A stretch of 64,000 nt of DNA from Callorhinchus milii (Eukaryota): the NCBI RefSeq assembly GCF_018977255.1, contig NW_024704742.1, positions 100,070,001-100,134,000 on the forward strand, written 5' to 3'. Within the stretch, counting starts at the first letter, position 1; each line of letters begins with the position of its first letter. The translations under genes were made by a program, and so were the position numbers. Shown piece after piece: positions 38,810 to 51,567 of this stretch. The notes below the pieces were generated by a model. That model had not been told where the DNA came from and did no database searches. It was given only the letters and a program-made list of their open reading frames with translations.

Positions 38810-39570
38810 TGTGTCAGTGTGACTCAGTTGGTAGCAATCTTGCTTCTGAGTCAGAAGACTGTGGGTTCAACCTCCTCATCAGGACACTGAACTCACATAA
38901 TCTAGGCTGAAACTAGAATGCAGCGCTAGGGAGCGCTGCCTCACTAGAGGTGCCGTCCTTCTAATGAGATAATAATAATCCTTGCATTTGCTATAGCGCT
39001 TTTCACGTCGGGAGGATGTCCCAAAGCGCTTCACAGAACACACTGTAAAGTGAATTGACTGTATATTTGTGGGCGAACGCGGCAGCCAATTGCGCACAGC
39101 AATGTCCCACAACAGTCTTAGATTGAAAATGACCAATTTATTATTGTTTTTGGTTTTGGAAGGATTATTATTAGGCTCTGTGTGGAGTAAGGAAACTTGC
39201 CCAAGGTTTCGCCCTCTGCCTGGAATTGAACTCAGGTCTCTCGCTTGCAAAGCGAGTGCTCTAACCACTGAGCTACAGGACTCCTTTTGTTAAACTAAGG
39301 TCCCTGTCTACCTGTCCAAGTGGATTTTAAAGATCCCATGGTACTATTCAAAAAGAGAAGGGAGTTTCTCTCGCTGTCCTGGCTAACAATCCCCCAAATA
39401 AAATTAGTCACTCACTTCATGGCTGTGCGTGGGACATTGCTGTGGATAAATTGGCTCCGGAGTTTGACAACAAAATACAGGTACTACACTTACAATAACT
39501 CCTATGAAGCCTTTTGAGGTCTTCTCCCAAAGTGAAAGGTGCTATACCAAATGTAAGGATTATTATTTAC
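38810..39570 (+). mobile_element. Older Deu-domain SINE (SacSINE1/AmnSINE1-like), interrupted at 38968-39287
   Basis: gtgtcag..ctcagttggtagca..tctgagtcagaag head; aaagatcccatgg.actattc..aagag; gtgggacattgctgtg. Confidence 0.85.
38968..39283 (-). mobile_element. Young SINE (short form), full length, nested in an older Deu-SINE
   Basis: A/B boxes present, central block absent. The flanks rejoin as one Deu-SINE. Confidence 0.92.
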
Positions 39571-42037
39571 TTATTATCATCATCCTTTCAGCCAATTCAT
39601 TTTTCACCACTGACCGGCATGATTGTAAATCTGATCAAACTTTCAAGCTGTTACGTCTGTTAAGTTATTCTCTTACATTAAGGGTCTGGCAGAATATTCT
39701 TTGAAATGTTTTGAAGGCCTGATGGAAACTAATGCTGAGTGGTTCGCAAAAGATCATTTAGTTCTTCTATGAATGCCAGGTTGATAAAACATTTAACGGA
39801 GCCATAAATTCACAATGGGGATGCAGTGAGTTTCCTGCTTCATTTATAGCCAGTCAAGCTGCAGTGAACAAGCTCATTAAATTCTGTGCTTACAGTGCTT
39901 TTAAAGTGTAATATTTTAAAGAAAAGCATGTCATATATCACAGCTGGGAATGGATACAAGTGCCATTATTAGGAGGGTAAAAGGTTAGATGAACTTCCAG
40001 ATGGAGAACAAGTTAGAAGTTCAATAACTGACGGCAAATTATCCACTTGAGTTGAGATAGAACAATAAGTAAAATTCACAAAAGTGGTATCAGTCTGGAC
40101 CATTAACACTTAATATGAATTATGCAAAGTCTGGGTTGTAGGCAAACTGTATAAGTTGTATAAAATCTGATCTAATCAATGATCTACACGGCACAAGCGT
40201 AATTCAATACAGGTGGTACCTGGGATTTATCTGTGATGAACTTTCTAACCAGTGATCATGAACACAGTGTTAAGCTTGCCTGGTAAGAGCAGTGTTGCAG
40301 TAGCCTAAGGGCAGGATACCTATACTCTCCACGTGTCACATCGGCTGCAAGGCTTTGAAAAAACAATGAGGAAGAGGAAAAAAGAAAATACGTGTCTGCA
40401 TGGAACACCTTCCAAACATATGGATTCATGTATGTCTCACTGGCTAAAGACGAAATTACGGAGCATGGCTTGAGAACTGACAGCATATAAACCACAACAT
40501 CAGTCTTCACTGAAGATGTGATATCCACTGAACAGTTTGAGATTATTATCTTAGCATCCACCATAGGTGATGACAAAGTCATCTTAAGATTGTCATGTGA
40601 CCACCGGTATCCCCTATTATATCACCCTGTATCTCCTATTATATCAATCTAACTATTATCACATTATTTTAAATAAAATGTTTAGATCCTCCTCTTATCA
40701 TGCACTTTGTACCAAATTTGGATCCTGGGACTACAGCTTAGCTTCATTAACTGCAGTCTCTCTCCATGAACTCCCAACTCGACTGTTCTCCGTGGTGTTT
40801 GTCAGGTGGTCTCAAACTACCAGTCTAAGATTTAGGAAACAGGTTTAATAAAATTTGGTAGTAATGTTTATTTTAACTAAATTGGTTTTAAATGAGGAGG
40901 TAGATGAGCGAGGGCTAAAGAGATTGTCTAATTTAAATGGAATAATATGATAAATAGGAGAACAGATACACAAGACTTCAATAAGGAGCAGCAAAATTAA
41001 ACTCCCAAAATATCCTTGTCTGGGGCAAGCCCATATTTAGGTTTGAACAATCTGTTCCAGATGCTGTTAACGCATATTTTTTTTGCACTGGTAACTTTAG
41101 CTGCTTGTCAACCACAGCAATAGCCAGGCACCATTTTGTGAATAGCATGAAATAAAATAAGACCAACCACAACAGGCACTGACAACACAAAATTTATCGG
41201 TAAGTGACCAGGAGTAATAAAACAATGATCAAGAATAATTTTACAGGGTACCTGGTCCTTGTGTCATATGAAAAAAGGTAAGAATAGCAACAACAACTTA
41301 TACTTATAAAGTGCCTTTCATGAAGCGAGAACATCTTAGGAAGTACTGTACAAAGGGTGCCCCCAAAAAGAGGGAGATGGGAGGTAAAGTGGAGGAGTGC
41401 TTGGGGAGTTACTGCAGGAAACTGCCGAAGTAGGATGGAACAAGGTCATTGAAAAACTTCAAGATGAGGATAAGGATCTTGAGGTTGATGCTTTGGGGAA
41501 TAGGATTATAGGAAAAGAGGAACAAAAGGAGATCATTCTGCATATTCCACCTGTAAGGAGCCAGGAGAAGATGGGAATGATAGGCTCACAGAGCCTACTT
41601 TAAACAATCCTGTTAGAACAGGATTTTCCAATAATCCAATAATTACTTGGAATTCTACAGATTCAAATATTATTATTATTCATTCACATACAAATAAATA
41701 TATTGAAGCTCCTTACATCACGTGTAATTGATGGGAAATGAAAATGAATGTTATGTAGGCAATTTCAATTTTTTAATGCTCAAATCAGACCTTAGATTTC
41801 ATATAATGTAATGAGATGCCAGTACGACTTAGGTTAAAGTTAAAAATGACAACTTGCCCTCATATAGGTGCCTTTAACGAAGGATAACGTCTTGAACAAA
41901 GATAAAAGAAGCTAGATTGTTCTGCCTTTCAGAATGTTGTACAAGTAACACTAAACTGAATTTTCATCTCACCAGTAAATGGGAAAATACACTTTGCGTA
42001 TATACCCTAGTATAGCTGGAGTTTGAGAAGCCTTAGA

Positions 42038-42145
42038 ATAATAATAATCCTTGCATAATCTGATATAGCGCCTTATCACGTCGTCGAGATGTCTCAAAGT
42101 GCTTCACAGAATATACTGTAAAATGAATTGACTGTGTATTTTGTA
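42038..42145 (-). mobile_element. Young SINE 3' tail fragment
   Basis: aataataatccttgca..gcgccttatcacg..cttcacagaatatactgtaaaatgaattgactg. Confidence 0.85.
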
Positions 42146-42333
42146 GCTTTACATGCTACAGCACACTGCATCTCATATTTACATTTGAGGCCAAATAAAG
42201 CTTTGTCTAGATTGTTACACTCATCCAGACATATTCATAAAACATTTTTAAATTATATTTTGCCACAAAAACTGCACTCCCTTTAAGAAAACATTTTTAA
42301 AATATATATAAATAAATGAAGGATTAATCTTAC

Positions 42334-42482
42334 AAGCTGCTTGCCGAACCAGTCATATTCATAATCGAACATGTAACCTTTCCGATCGAATAGGTCTGTG
42401 AAGAGTTTCTTTAGATAGTCATAGTCTGGCTTCTCGAAGAAGTCCAATCTTCTCACATAGCGTAAGTAGGTAGACATTTCTT
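42334..42482 (-). CDS. CSNK1G3: CK1 gamma-3 exon (E)[49 protein letters not shown]
   Basis: 149 nt, contained largely in ORF 42283..42477. CAG acceptor, CTT/GTAAGA donor. [17 protein letters not shown] matches my recollection of the gamma-3 paralogue. Confidence 0.96.
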
Positions 42483-43236
42483 CTGAAAATACAAAATTCT
42501 AATTTCAACATCTACTCTGCAGTCAACAACCAAGATCCTTTAAAACACCTTAAAAGATCCATTCCTATTACGTGTGTGAAATCAAGGACTACTGTATTTC
42601 AGTCAGCTTGGTGTGATTATTCGGGGAACCTAGAACCAATGCATGGATGAAATGGAAATAACTGATGGAAAACCATTCAGCATATTGTTCTACACCCATT
42701 CAAGAAGTAAACATAGGAACTAAACTCACCATTGGTTCACACATGAAGAATGGCCACTTCAGTTCTATGTGCATTGGAGCTTTCCTGTACTTGCGAGGTG
42801 TAGCAAAGCTTCTGATGCTTATGGGACTGTACCTCTGCATGTATGTATGTATATGTTATTATTCTGGGTATCTCAGCCAGTTGAAATCCTCAACTCTATA
42901 TAAATGCAATTTGTTTTTCTTCTGTCATCTTCCTCTCTTGAACGTAGTAAGAAAGTCGATTAATCTCTACACTTGCTACATTGATGCAAGATGTTAAAAT
43001 TAATGTACACTGAGCTTTTCTGCTCCCTTCCCTGCAGACACAAATCATGCGAGTGCTGATTCAATAACTCAACAGATGTCAGCAGCACATTTCTGAACAC
43101 TTTAGAGTGCTTTCCGCAAGGTACAGTATCACCTCATCGGCTGCCTATCAATATTGGCAAATCTAAGCCGTTTAAAAAGGGCAAGATACCTAGCAGATTT
43201 GAGCATCTATGAGGTCTCCCAATAAATGTAATTTAC

Positions 43237-43321
43237 CTGGAAAATTTTCACACAACACTTCAACCGGCGTTGCTCGCTTCGTGTCCCCGATCTTCTGATA
43301 TCTTTCTTTTAATGTGTCCGC
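43237..43321 (-). CDS. CSNK1G3: CK1 gamma-3 exon [28 protein letters not shown]
   Basis: 85 nt, ttttcccAG acceptor and CCAG/GTAAAT donor. In frame with the previous exon across a 151-nt intron. Confidence 0.97.
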
Positions 43322-43472
43322 CTGGGAAAAATAAACTCAGCAGTTTTGTGAGCCAGTCAATATTTCTCCTCCACTAACAGTTACAAAAATACGATACTAA
43401 GAATACGTAGGAATGTAATTTCTACATCTTGCATTACACAAATTATAAAACAGATTAGGAAAATAAAACTAC

Positions 43473-43558
43473 CTTTAAGCCTTGCCAAGGAAGACTGCCT
43501 CGGAGGAAATACATGAACATGTGACCTAATGCTTCCAGATCATCTCTTCTACTTTGTT
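43473..43558 (-). CDS. CSNK1G3: Casein kinase 1 gamma-3, kinase-domain exon (E)[28 protein letters not shown]
   Basis: Manual reverse-complement translation gives the CK1 signature SRRDDLE..LPWQGLK. The exon is 86 nt, with AG at 43559-43560 and GT at 43471-43472, phase 1 to 0. Confidence 0.97.
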
Positions 43559-43642
43559 CTGTAAAGGAAGCAAAGGCTGTTAAATATCTTAAATGTTATA
43601 ATTTTCCCTCATCAGTGATATATTCCATCATCTCCACCATCG

Positions 43643-43941
43643 TGGAGTCCTGTAGCTTAAATGAAGTGTACTTTAATTTTAACATCATCGCCTTGCAAGT
43701 GAGAGGACCTGGGTTCGATTCCCCGGCAGGGTGAAACATTGGGCATGCCTTTTTTTCACCTAGCAGTAAGCAGGAACCCAGTTGTTAGTCGATTGGCGGA
43801 TCAATGGGGGTAATAATCCCATTAAAAAAAATTCACGACTGTTTGTGGACACTGCCGCATTTTACCCACAAAATATACAGTTAATTCACTTTACAGTATA
43901 TTCTGTGAATTGCTTTGAGGTGTCTTGAATATGTGATAAGG
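43643..43941 (+). mobile_element. Young tRNA-derived SINE (long form), degenerate
   Basis: ggagtcctgtagct head, gggttcgattcccc B box, central block, tail. Confidence 0.88.
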
Positions 43942-44139
43942 CGCTGTATCAGATTATTATTGTCTGAAGTCCATTCAAACCAGTAAGTCACACATACGAA
44001 CCAAAGTCTATGTTGCGTTAGGAGACTTCAGCAGGTGGAACGCTACAACGGGCCTCGGTAACCTTTGATCGGAATAAATAATCCTTACATTTGATTAACA
44101 CAACAGCGAGATATTGAAAATGATTCATTAGATTTTATT

Positions 44140-44806
44140 TGCAACATTACCAGACTCCACCACTGCCTCACCCCTCAGGCTGCCGAAACCCTTACCCACG
44201 CATTTGTCACATCAAGGCTCGATTATGTAAACTCCTTCCTCATCGGCCTTCCCAACTCTTCCCTTCACATGCTGCAGATCATCCAAAACTCTGCAGCTCG
44301 TGTACTCTCACGCACCAGGCTCCGTGACCCCATCACTCCCACCCTCGCCCGACTCCATTGGCTCCCCATTCCTCAGAGGATCGAGTTCAAGATCCTCGTC
44401 CTCACCTTTAAGGCCATCCATGGTCTTGCCCCTTCCTACCTCTCTGACCTGCTGACTCCCTACCAACCTGCCCACTCCTTCCATTCAACGGGCATCGGTC
44501 TGCTCCATGTCTTCCACCCGACCCGCCCGACCATCGGTGTCCGGGCTTTCCGCCTTTTTGCCCCCACACTCTGGAACTCCATCCCACGGTCCCTCCGCCT
44601 CACTTCCTCCCTTGCCTCCTTCAAGGCCGGTCTCAAGACCCTTCTCTTCGACCGTGCCTTTGGTCTCTCTCCCACCTCTTTGCCTTCCCTCAACCCTACA
44701 CCACCCCTCCCCCATGCTCGGGCCCCGATACCTGACTGTTCAGCCCTTTGGGACGTCCTCCCGATGTGAAAGGCGCTCTATAAATGTAATTTTGTTGTTG
44801 TTGTTG
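44140..44806 (+). mobile_element. L2 LINE 3' end with intact ORF2 C-terminus
   Basis: ORF 44269..44769 LQIIQNSAARVL..LHWLPI..FKAGLKTLLFDRAF; (TTG)n tail. Confidence 0.93.
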
Positions 44807-44914
44807 TATATGACACACGTAGGAACAGGAGGAGGTCATTCTTCCCAACCATGTCTGCAGTCTGTCTATGATTACAGTGGTGAGACATCACCTTGTTGAC
44901 GAGTATCAACAAGA

Positions 44915-45138
44915 TAATAATAATCCCTCCAAAAAAAACAAAAAACAATAATAAAAAAAATTGGTCATTTTCAATCTACGACTGTTTGTGGGACTTTGCT
45001 GTGCGCAATTGGCTGCTGCGTTCGCCCACAAATGTACAGTCAATTCACTTTACAGTGTGTTCTGTGAAGTGCTTTGGGATGTCTCCCGACGTGAAAAGCG
45101 CTATATCAAATGCAAGGATATTATTATCATTATTATTG
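44915..45138 (+). mobile_element. Young SINE (short form), 5'-truncated
   Basis: Matches 51675-51886. Confidence 0.88.
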
Positions 45139-46939
45139 TGTAGTGACTGTGTATTTGTAGGCAAACAAAGTAGGGTGAAGCAGAGGATGTCTGATGACCA
45201 ACTGGCAACTACCCTCAGGGTAACTGGAGCCTCCGCAGAGTTCAGCCTGCTCCAAAGTGGCATACTTGGTAGAGATTGTTCCCACTCAGCTCCCACTTAC
45301 TCTGCAAGTTATGGGCTAATGGATAAAGTGGTCACAGCTGAACGTGCAGCAGGAAGCTTGCCTGACAGTATTTGCACAATGTTAGGCTATGCAGTTTTAG
45401 CTGGTTCAACTCCGGTAGTACCCCAATGAACACTCTGAGATCCACAAGCCTTGGCTCCTGCTTTCCGGAATAAGGCAACGTGAGACCATCCCTCCAGGGA
45501 GATAGTGCGCATTCCATTCCAGACACAGGGACATTTCCATGTGCAGGTGGCATACATATGTGGAACACTGTTTAGGTAAACATAAGCATGGCAATGGGTT
45601 TCTGCAAATGTCAGACACCCGGTTGACCAGAAAAAAAGAATTAAATAAAAAGATGAGAACTGGCTGAAGAAGACAGCCAGAAAGGCACAATCAAGCAAAT
45701 CCAGTGCCCTGGGTCCAGCTTCTTGGACGTCACTAACCCAAAGTTTTGATGCTCAAGTTTAATATATATGGACTCAATTTTGTTAAAATAAATATAAATT
45801 TCTTCGTAATGAAGCACTGAGAATATTTTATGAAACTGATCGCAGGGGAGATTTTCCTTTAAATGGGACTGAAAGATGTAGCACAAGCTGCAAACTCCGC
45901 GGTGGAAAACCCCATATTAAATTATCTAAATCTGGATACATTCATTTCCAGCAAAGCATTCATTACTGTCAGCAAAAATAACAAGAGAAAACACAAATGT
46001 TGGGAAACTGAAACAGATTTCGGAAAATGCTACATGTCCACAACAGGTCAATCAACATCAAGCTCAACTCTTTGTCATGACTCTTCATTGGAGCCATTTG
46101 TTCCCTTTTACGTTCTGACTGACATACTAACCGCAGGTTAAAAGTGAGAAGTCAGTGGAGAACAATTCAAATTTCATTAATTCCCCCTGAAATTCTGTTT
46201 AAACACAAAGCTGGAGTCCTGGAAACCACTACCTTGGTCTTACTGGAAACAGACAAGTCTAACATACAGTGCAGTGCATAAGGCATGTTATAATGCATAC
46301 GGTCAGTAGTTCTGTCAAATTCACCCAGTTGCTTTACGACACAAGCTATAAATGATTTACGTTAACTTGTAAGATCAAGTTAGAATGCAACTCTGCATAC
46401 TGTCTACTTTGGTTTTTGTGGGCCTGTGTTATCCAGAAGTAGGTTATGACTGGCTTCCTACACCATTAAATGACTAATTTCTTGGTCATCACTTCCTGTG
46501 TATTGCGTGCGTGCAGAGAGATAACATGAGGACCTGGAAACTGACCATTTTTGGTGTTGTATTTTTAAACACGGTCCCCAATATATATTGATTGCATTAT
46601 AACACAGCAAGTAGCTTATCTAATTAATGTGCTAACAATTGGACTTTGAACTTCACTAAATTTGCAAGCAATCTTCAATCAAGAGTTACAATATCGGGCA
46701 AAAATACAAAAGCAATGCTTGCTTAATTTTCAAAAGTTAGTCCATCAGAAACATCATCCAATCAGTAAACTTTAACCTGTAGACTACCAATATATCTCCG
46801 CAGACTCCATAGGTCACCCATTCTGGGTATTACTCACACACTGTAATTCCCCTACCGAGTAGTGAACAAAAATTGTGGAACATGGTTTATTGACCTTTAA
46901 AAACAAATCCCAATTCTGGAAAACACAGGTTCTTTATAA

Positions 46940-49514
46940 TCAAGTCCTCAGACTTCTCTTCCCTGCTCTCCTCACTCAACCTTTCCTTACACATAAACTC
47001 CCCCACTCACAGTCACGGCCACCCACTCGATTTGGTGATCACCCGGGGCCTCAGTGCCTCGGATGTCACTATTACCGACAAGGCCGTCTCTGACCACCAC
47101 TTCATCTCCTTCACCACCTCCACCCCACTCCACACCTCCACCAGACCCACCACCATCTTCTACCGCCCTTGGAAGAAGTTACCCCCACAATCCCTAACCG
47201 ATGCCTTGGAGTCCTCTGAACTCCTCTCCCTCTGGCCTTCAACCCTCACCGACCCCTCTTCTCCTCTCTCCCTCCTCCACAATACCCTCTCCTCCACACT
47301 CGATACTCTTGCCCCCATCACTTCCCGCACTGTCTCCTACTCCCGCTCCTCCCCCTGGTACACCACCCACCTCCGCTCACTGAAGAGCCAGGTGCGGGCC
47401 GCTGAACGCACCTGTGTCAAATCTGGCCTAACGGTCCACCGACAAATCTGGCTGGACCTCCTCAAAATTTACCGCTCCACTCTAGCCTCGGCCAAGTCGT
47501 CCTTCTACTCCAGGATAATCCTGGAGGCGAAGAACAACCCCAGGCTACTGTTTTCCACCACAACCCGACTCCTCCGTCCCCCCCGCCACCCCGCGCAGGT
47601 CATCTCCTCCAACCTTCACTGCGAGGAGATGCTGGATTTCCTTGAATCCAAGATCAAGGGAATTCGCTCCGCGGTCACTTCCCCTCCAACATCCACCAAC
47701 CCCCCACCCCTTCCCTCCCACACTCCGACTCCTACCCATCCTCCCCTACACACTTTTGTACCCGTTTCCCCACCCTCTGTCACCAAACTCATCCTATCCC
47801 TAAAACCAACCACCTGCTCCCTTGACCCCATCCCCACTCCACTCCTTATCTCCCAGCTCCACTTTCTTGCCCCACATATCACTGACATCATAAACCTGTC
47901 CCTCTCCTCTGGCTCTGTCCCCATTCCATTAAAAACTGCCATCATCACGCCCACCCTGAAAAAACCCTCCCTTGATGCGTCGCAGCTATCAAGCTACCGG
48001 CCCATCTCCAACCTCCCCTTTCTCTCCAAGGTCTTGGAAAGAGTTGTCGCCTCCCAACTGCGCTCTTTCCTTTCCACCCATTCACTTTTCGAACCCCTTC
48101 AGTCAGGTTTCCGTGCTGCCCATAGCACAGAAACTGCCCTGGTCAAGGTCACCAATGATATCCTGACCATCTGTGACCAGGGCTCCCTCTGTCTCCTCGT
48201 CCTCCTCGACCTATCGGCAGCATTCGATACGGTCGACCACGCTATCCTACTCCACCGCTTGTCCTCCCACCTCAACCTTCAAGGCACTGTCCTTGAGTGG
48301 TTTAGGTCGTACCTTTCTCACCGTCTTCACTTTGTCTCACGAATGGCTTCTCCTCCACCCCCCGCACTGTCTCATGTGGTGTCCCTCAGGGCTCTGTCCT
48401 CGGTCCCCTCCTCTTCACCCTCTATATGCTCCCCCTTGGTGACATCATCCGCAGACATGGAGTTAACTTCCACATGTATGCGGATGACACCCAACTCTAC
48501 CTTTCCTCCTCTACTCTCAACTCCACGACCACCGATGTCCTGACAGCTGCCTGTCCGACATCGAGTCCTGGACGAGAGACAACTTTCTTCAGCTCAACGT
48601 GCGAAAAACCGAGGCCCTCCTGATTGGCTCACGTCAGCGCCTCCGCACCTCAGGCGCTGACACCATCAGCATCCAAGGCTGCACTCTCCACCTCTCAAAG
48701 CCAGTCAGGAACCTCGGCGTTTTGTTCGACCCTGAGCTGTCCTTTCTCCCTCACATCCGCACCACAACTGGCACCGCCTTCCATCACCTCCGAAATATCG
48801 CCAGACTACGGCACTACCTCACCCCTCACGCTGCTGAAACCCTGGTTCACGCCTTTGTCACCTCAAGGCTGGACTATGGGAACTCTCTCCTCGCCGGCCT
48901 TCCCGGCACCTCCCTCCACAAGCTGCAGGTCATTCAGAACTCTGCAGCTCGTGTACTGTCCCGCACCAGGCTTCGGGACCACATCACTCCCACCCTCGCT
49001 CGCCTCCACTGGCTCCCCATCCCCCAGAGGATTGATTTCAAGATCCTCATCCTCACCTACAAGGCCATTCACGGCCTTGCTCCCTCCTACCTCTCCAACC
49101 TACTATCCCCCTACCTACCTGCCCGTACCCTCCGTTCCTCTGGCTCCGGTCTGCTCCACGTCCCCCGCCCCAACCGCCCTACCATCGGTGGTCGGGCCTT
49201 CAGCCTCTCAGCCCCGAGGCTCTGGAACTCCATCCCCCAGTGCCTTCGCCGCCTCCTCCCTTTCCTCCTTCAAGGCCGGTCTCAAAACCTTTCTCTTTGA
49301 CCGTGCCTTCAGCTCCCCTCTCGACTCTCTTCCCCCTCCTCGCTCCCTCCCTTCCCTCCCCTCACCCTGACCATTTCCCCCCTCCTCGCTCCTTCCCTTC
49401 CCTCCCCCTGACCATTTCCCCAATACTCGGGTCCTGACCTAACTGTGCAGCGCCTTGGGACGTCCTCCTGACGTGAAAGGCGCTTTATAAATGGAATCTT
49501 GTTGTTGTTGTTGT
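46940..49514 (+). mobile_element. L2-clade LINE, 5'-truncated, about 2.6 kb, frameshifted ORF2 (end of APE endonuclease plus reverse transcriptase)
   Basis: [13 protein letters not shown] and SDHHFISF (APE end); [70 protein letters not shown]. Frameshifts near 48340, 48545 and 49250. (TTG)n tail. Confidence 0.96.
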
Positions 49515-50134
49515 TTTTAAAAAAAATTGTAGAATTCAAAACTCAACCTCACAATACCCAGTTTATTTATTTAATAAGAATATGACAAAACTAAACACTA
49601 CCTCTTGCATTGTGTCAACTCATATTTAAAATGTTTGAAATTCTAATCAGGTAGATGTACAGGGAACTGCATCATAATACAGTCGGGTGGGTCCAGTACA
49701 ACAATAATCTTTGCATATGATATAGCGCCTTATCTTGTTGTCGAAACATCTCAAAGTCCTGCACGTGATTTACAGAAATATCTCCGAGGCCTTGTCATAA
49801 GTGAGAAAAATATCTGCTTTTGAAATCATCAGGGCACCACTGACATCACTTTCTATGTACGATAGGCAAGAAGTGCTACCAGCATCACTTTTAATCATGC
49901 AAGAAATGACGGAGCGGCCATTTGACAATCCGGAAGTTGGATATTTGATAGCACAGGTAGCTGGCAAGTCAGCACCAATAACCAATTTATGATTTGCACT
50001 GATTCACAGCTCCGAGGCAGCACAAGATTGAAGAGTGCAACAACTGGGGTAAGCAGTCCTGATATGTGTAACAGACTCTCAATACAAGCAACTGCCGTTG
50101 TGTTGATTACACAAGGCAAAAAAAATCAGCATTT

Positions 50135-50800
50135 AAGTGATCTGGACCAACTGACGAGTTAGGCTAAGGAATGGCAGATGCATTTTAATGTGGCCAATTA
50201 TAAGGAACTGAATATTGGGGCAGGAAATACAAAACATGTGTTTATGATGAAGAAATGCTATTTAGCAAAGAAGCAAAAAGGATTCAAGGCTGATTGCTGA
50301 TTACTGATCGTATAATGTCAGATGTGGTAATTAGGTACTGCGCTGCACCTCAAGGGAATAAGACTGTAAAATTAAATAAATTATTCCAATCTTTGATCGA
50401 TCACTAATGAAGCCATAGCTGAAATATTATTGGACATCCCATGCAAGCACTTTCTGCAAAAAAAGTTTATGCACAAAGGGTGACTGAGAGGATTCTGAGC
50501 TGTAGGCCTGATTCGAAAATCTGAGCTGCTTTTCACTGGAGCAAAGAGGTCTGAAGGGCACACAAAACAAGTCTTAAAATGCTGAGAGATTATTTAATTT
50601 GGACTGGGAGCACAAAGCTAGAGGACATAAGCACCATCAATAAGTTCAAGCAAGGACACTGGCAGGGATTTATCATCCTATGCCACCAGTAGTGGATATC
50701 TGCTTCAGACTTTCAGTAAAAACAATTAATGGGCATTGATGTCATTTAATCTGAGCTGGATAAATGTTTGGTTCAGAATAAGATCGAGGCTGTAGGGATA
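50135..50800 (+). mobile_element. Old CR1-type LINE fragment
   Basis: gatctggac..gctaaggaatggcagatgcattttaatgtg (W..EWQM.FN) followed by degenerate CR1 3' sequence. Confidence 0.7.
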
Positions 50801-50929
50801 TGTACAAATAGAGATTATCAAAATTCAGGTGCATGATAGTTCCTAAAAACAGGAGCTAACCATGACTGAAATACCACGGCAAGAAAGGCAACCAGGTCAT
50901 TGGTAAGAAATGTGTGATATAATACAATC

Positions 50930-51291
50930 ATAATAATAATCCTTGCATTTGATATAGCACCTGATCACATCATTGAGATGGCTCAAAGAGCTTCACAGAA
51001 TATACCGTAAAGTGAATTGACCATATTTTGTAGGCGAAATGCAGCACACAGCAGTCCCCACAAACAGTCGTGGATTGAGTGCCCAAATTACTATTTGTTT
51101 TGAAGGGATTACTCCCTCCCCCATCCAGATGATCCAGCAATCGTCTAACAACTGGGTTCCTACTTACTGCTAAGTAAACAGTGGCTACCTGATTCGAAAA
51201 TCTGTGCCTAAGGTTTTGTCCTGCCCGGGAATCGAACCCGGGTCCTCTCGCTTGCGAGGCGAGTGCTCTAACCAATACACTACAGGACTCC
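50930..51291 (-). mobile_element. Young tRNA-derived SINE (long form)
   Basis: Colinear with 23772-24121. Confidence 0.9.
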
Positions 51292-51567
51292 AAGAGTGAT
51301 GCAAGATTAGATAGATTTCAATTCCCAGTGGGAGGAAAATGTTGACCATTTCCTCAACAGTTTAAATGACTCAGCACCTGCCTGTGATTAAGAAGATTAT
51401 CCATGGTCTGGGAAAGAAAGCTTTTTCTTATTCATGTAAACATTCTTAGCAATTAATGCAACATTAATTACCATAATGCACTTGATGCAACTTCAGGGCT
51501 GCCGTAAAAGTGTGGACTGAAAACCCAGGTAAAAATGAATATTTAACAAAGGTAAAGATACGATTAA

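Noticed and set aside
47032..48543. 503-aa ORF as a host gene or active retrotransposon
   Set aside because: It is part of a 5'-truncated L2 ORF2 with multiple frameshifts.
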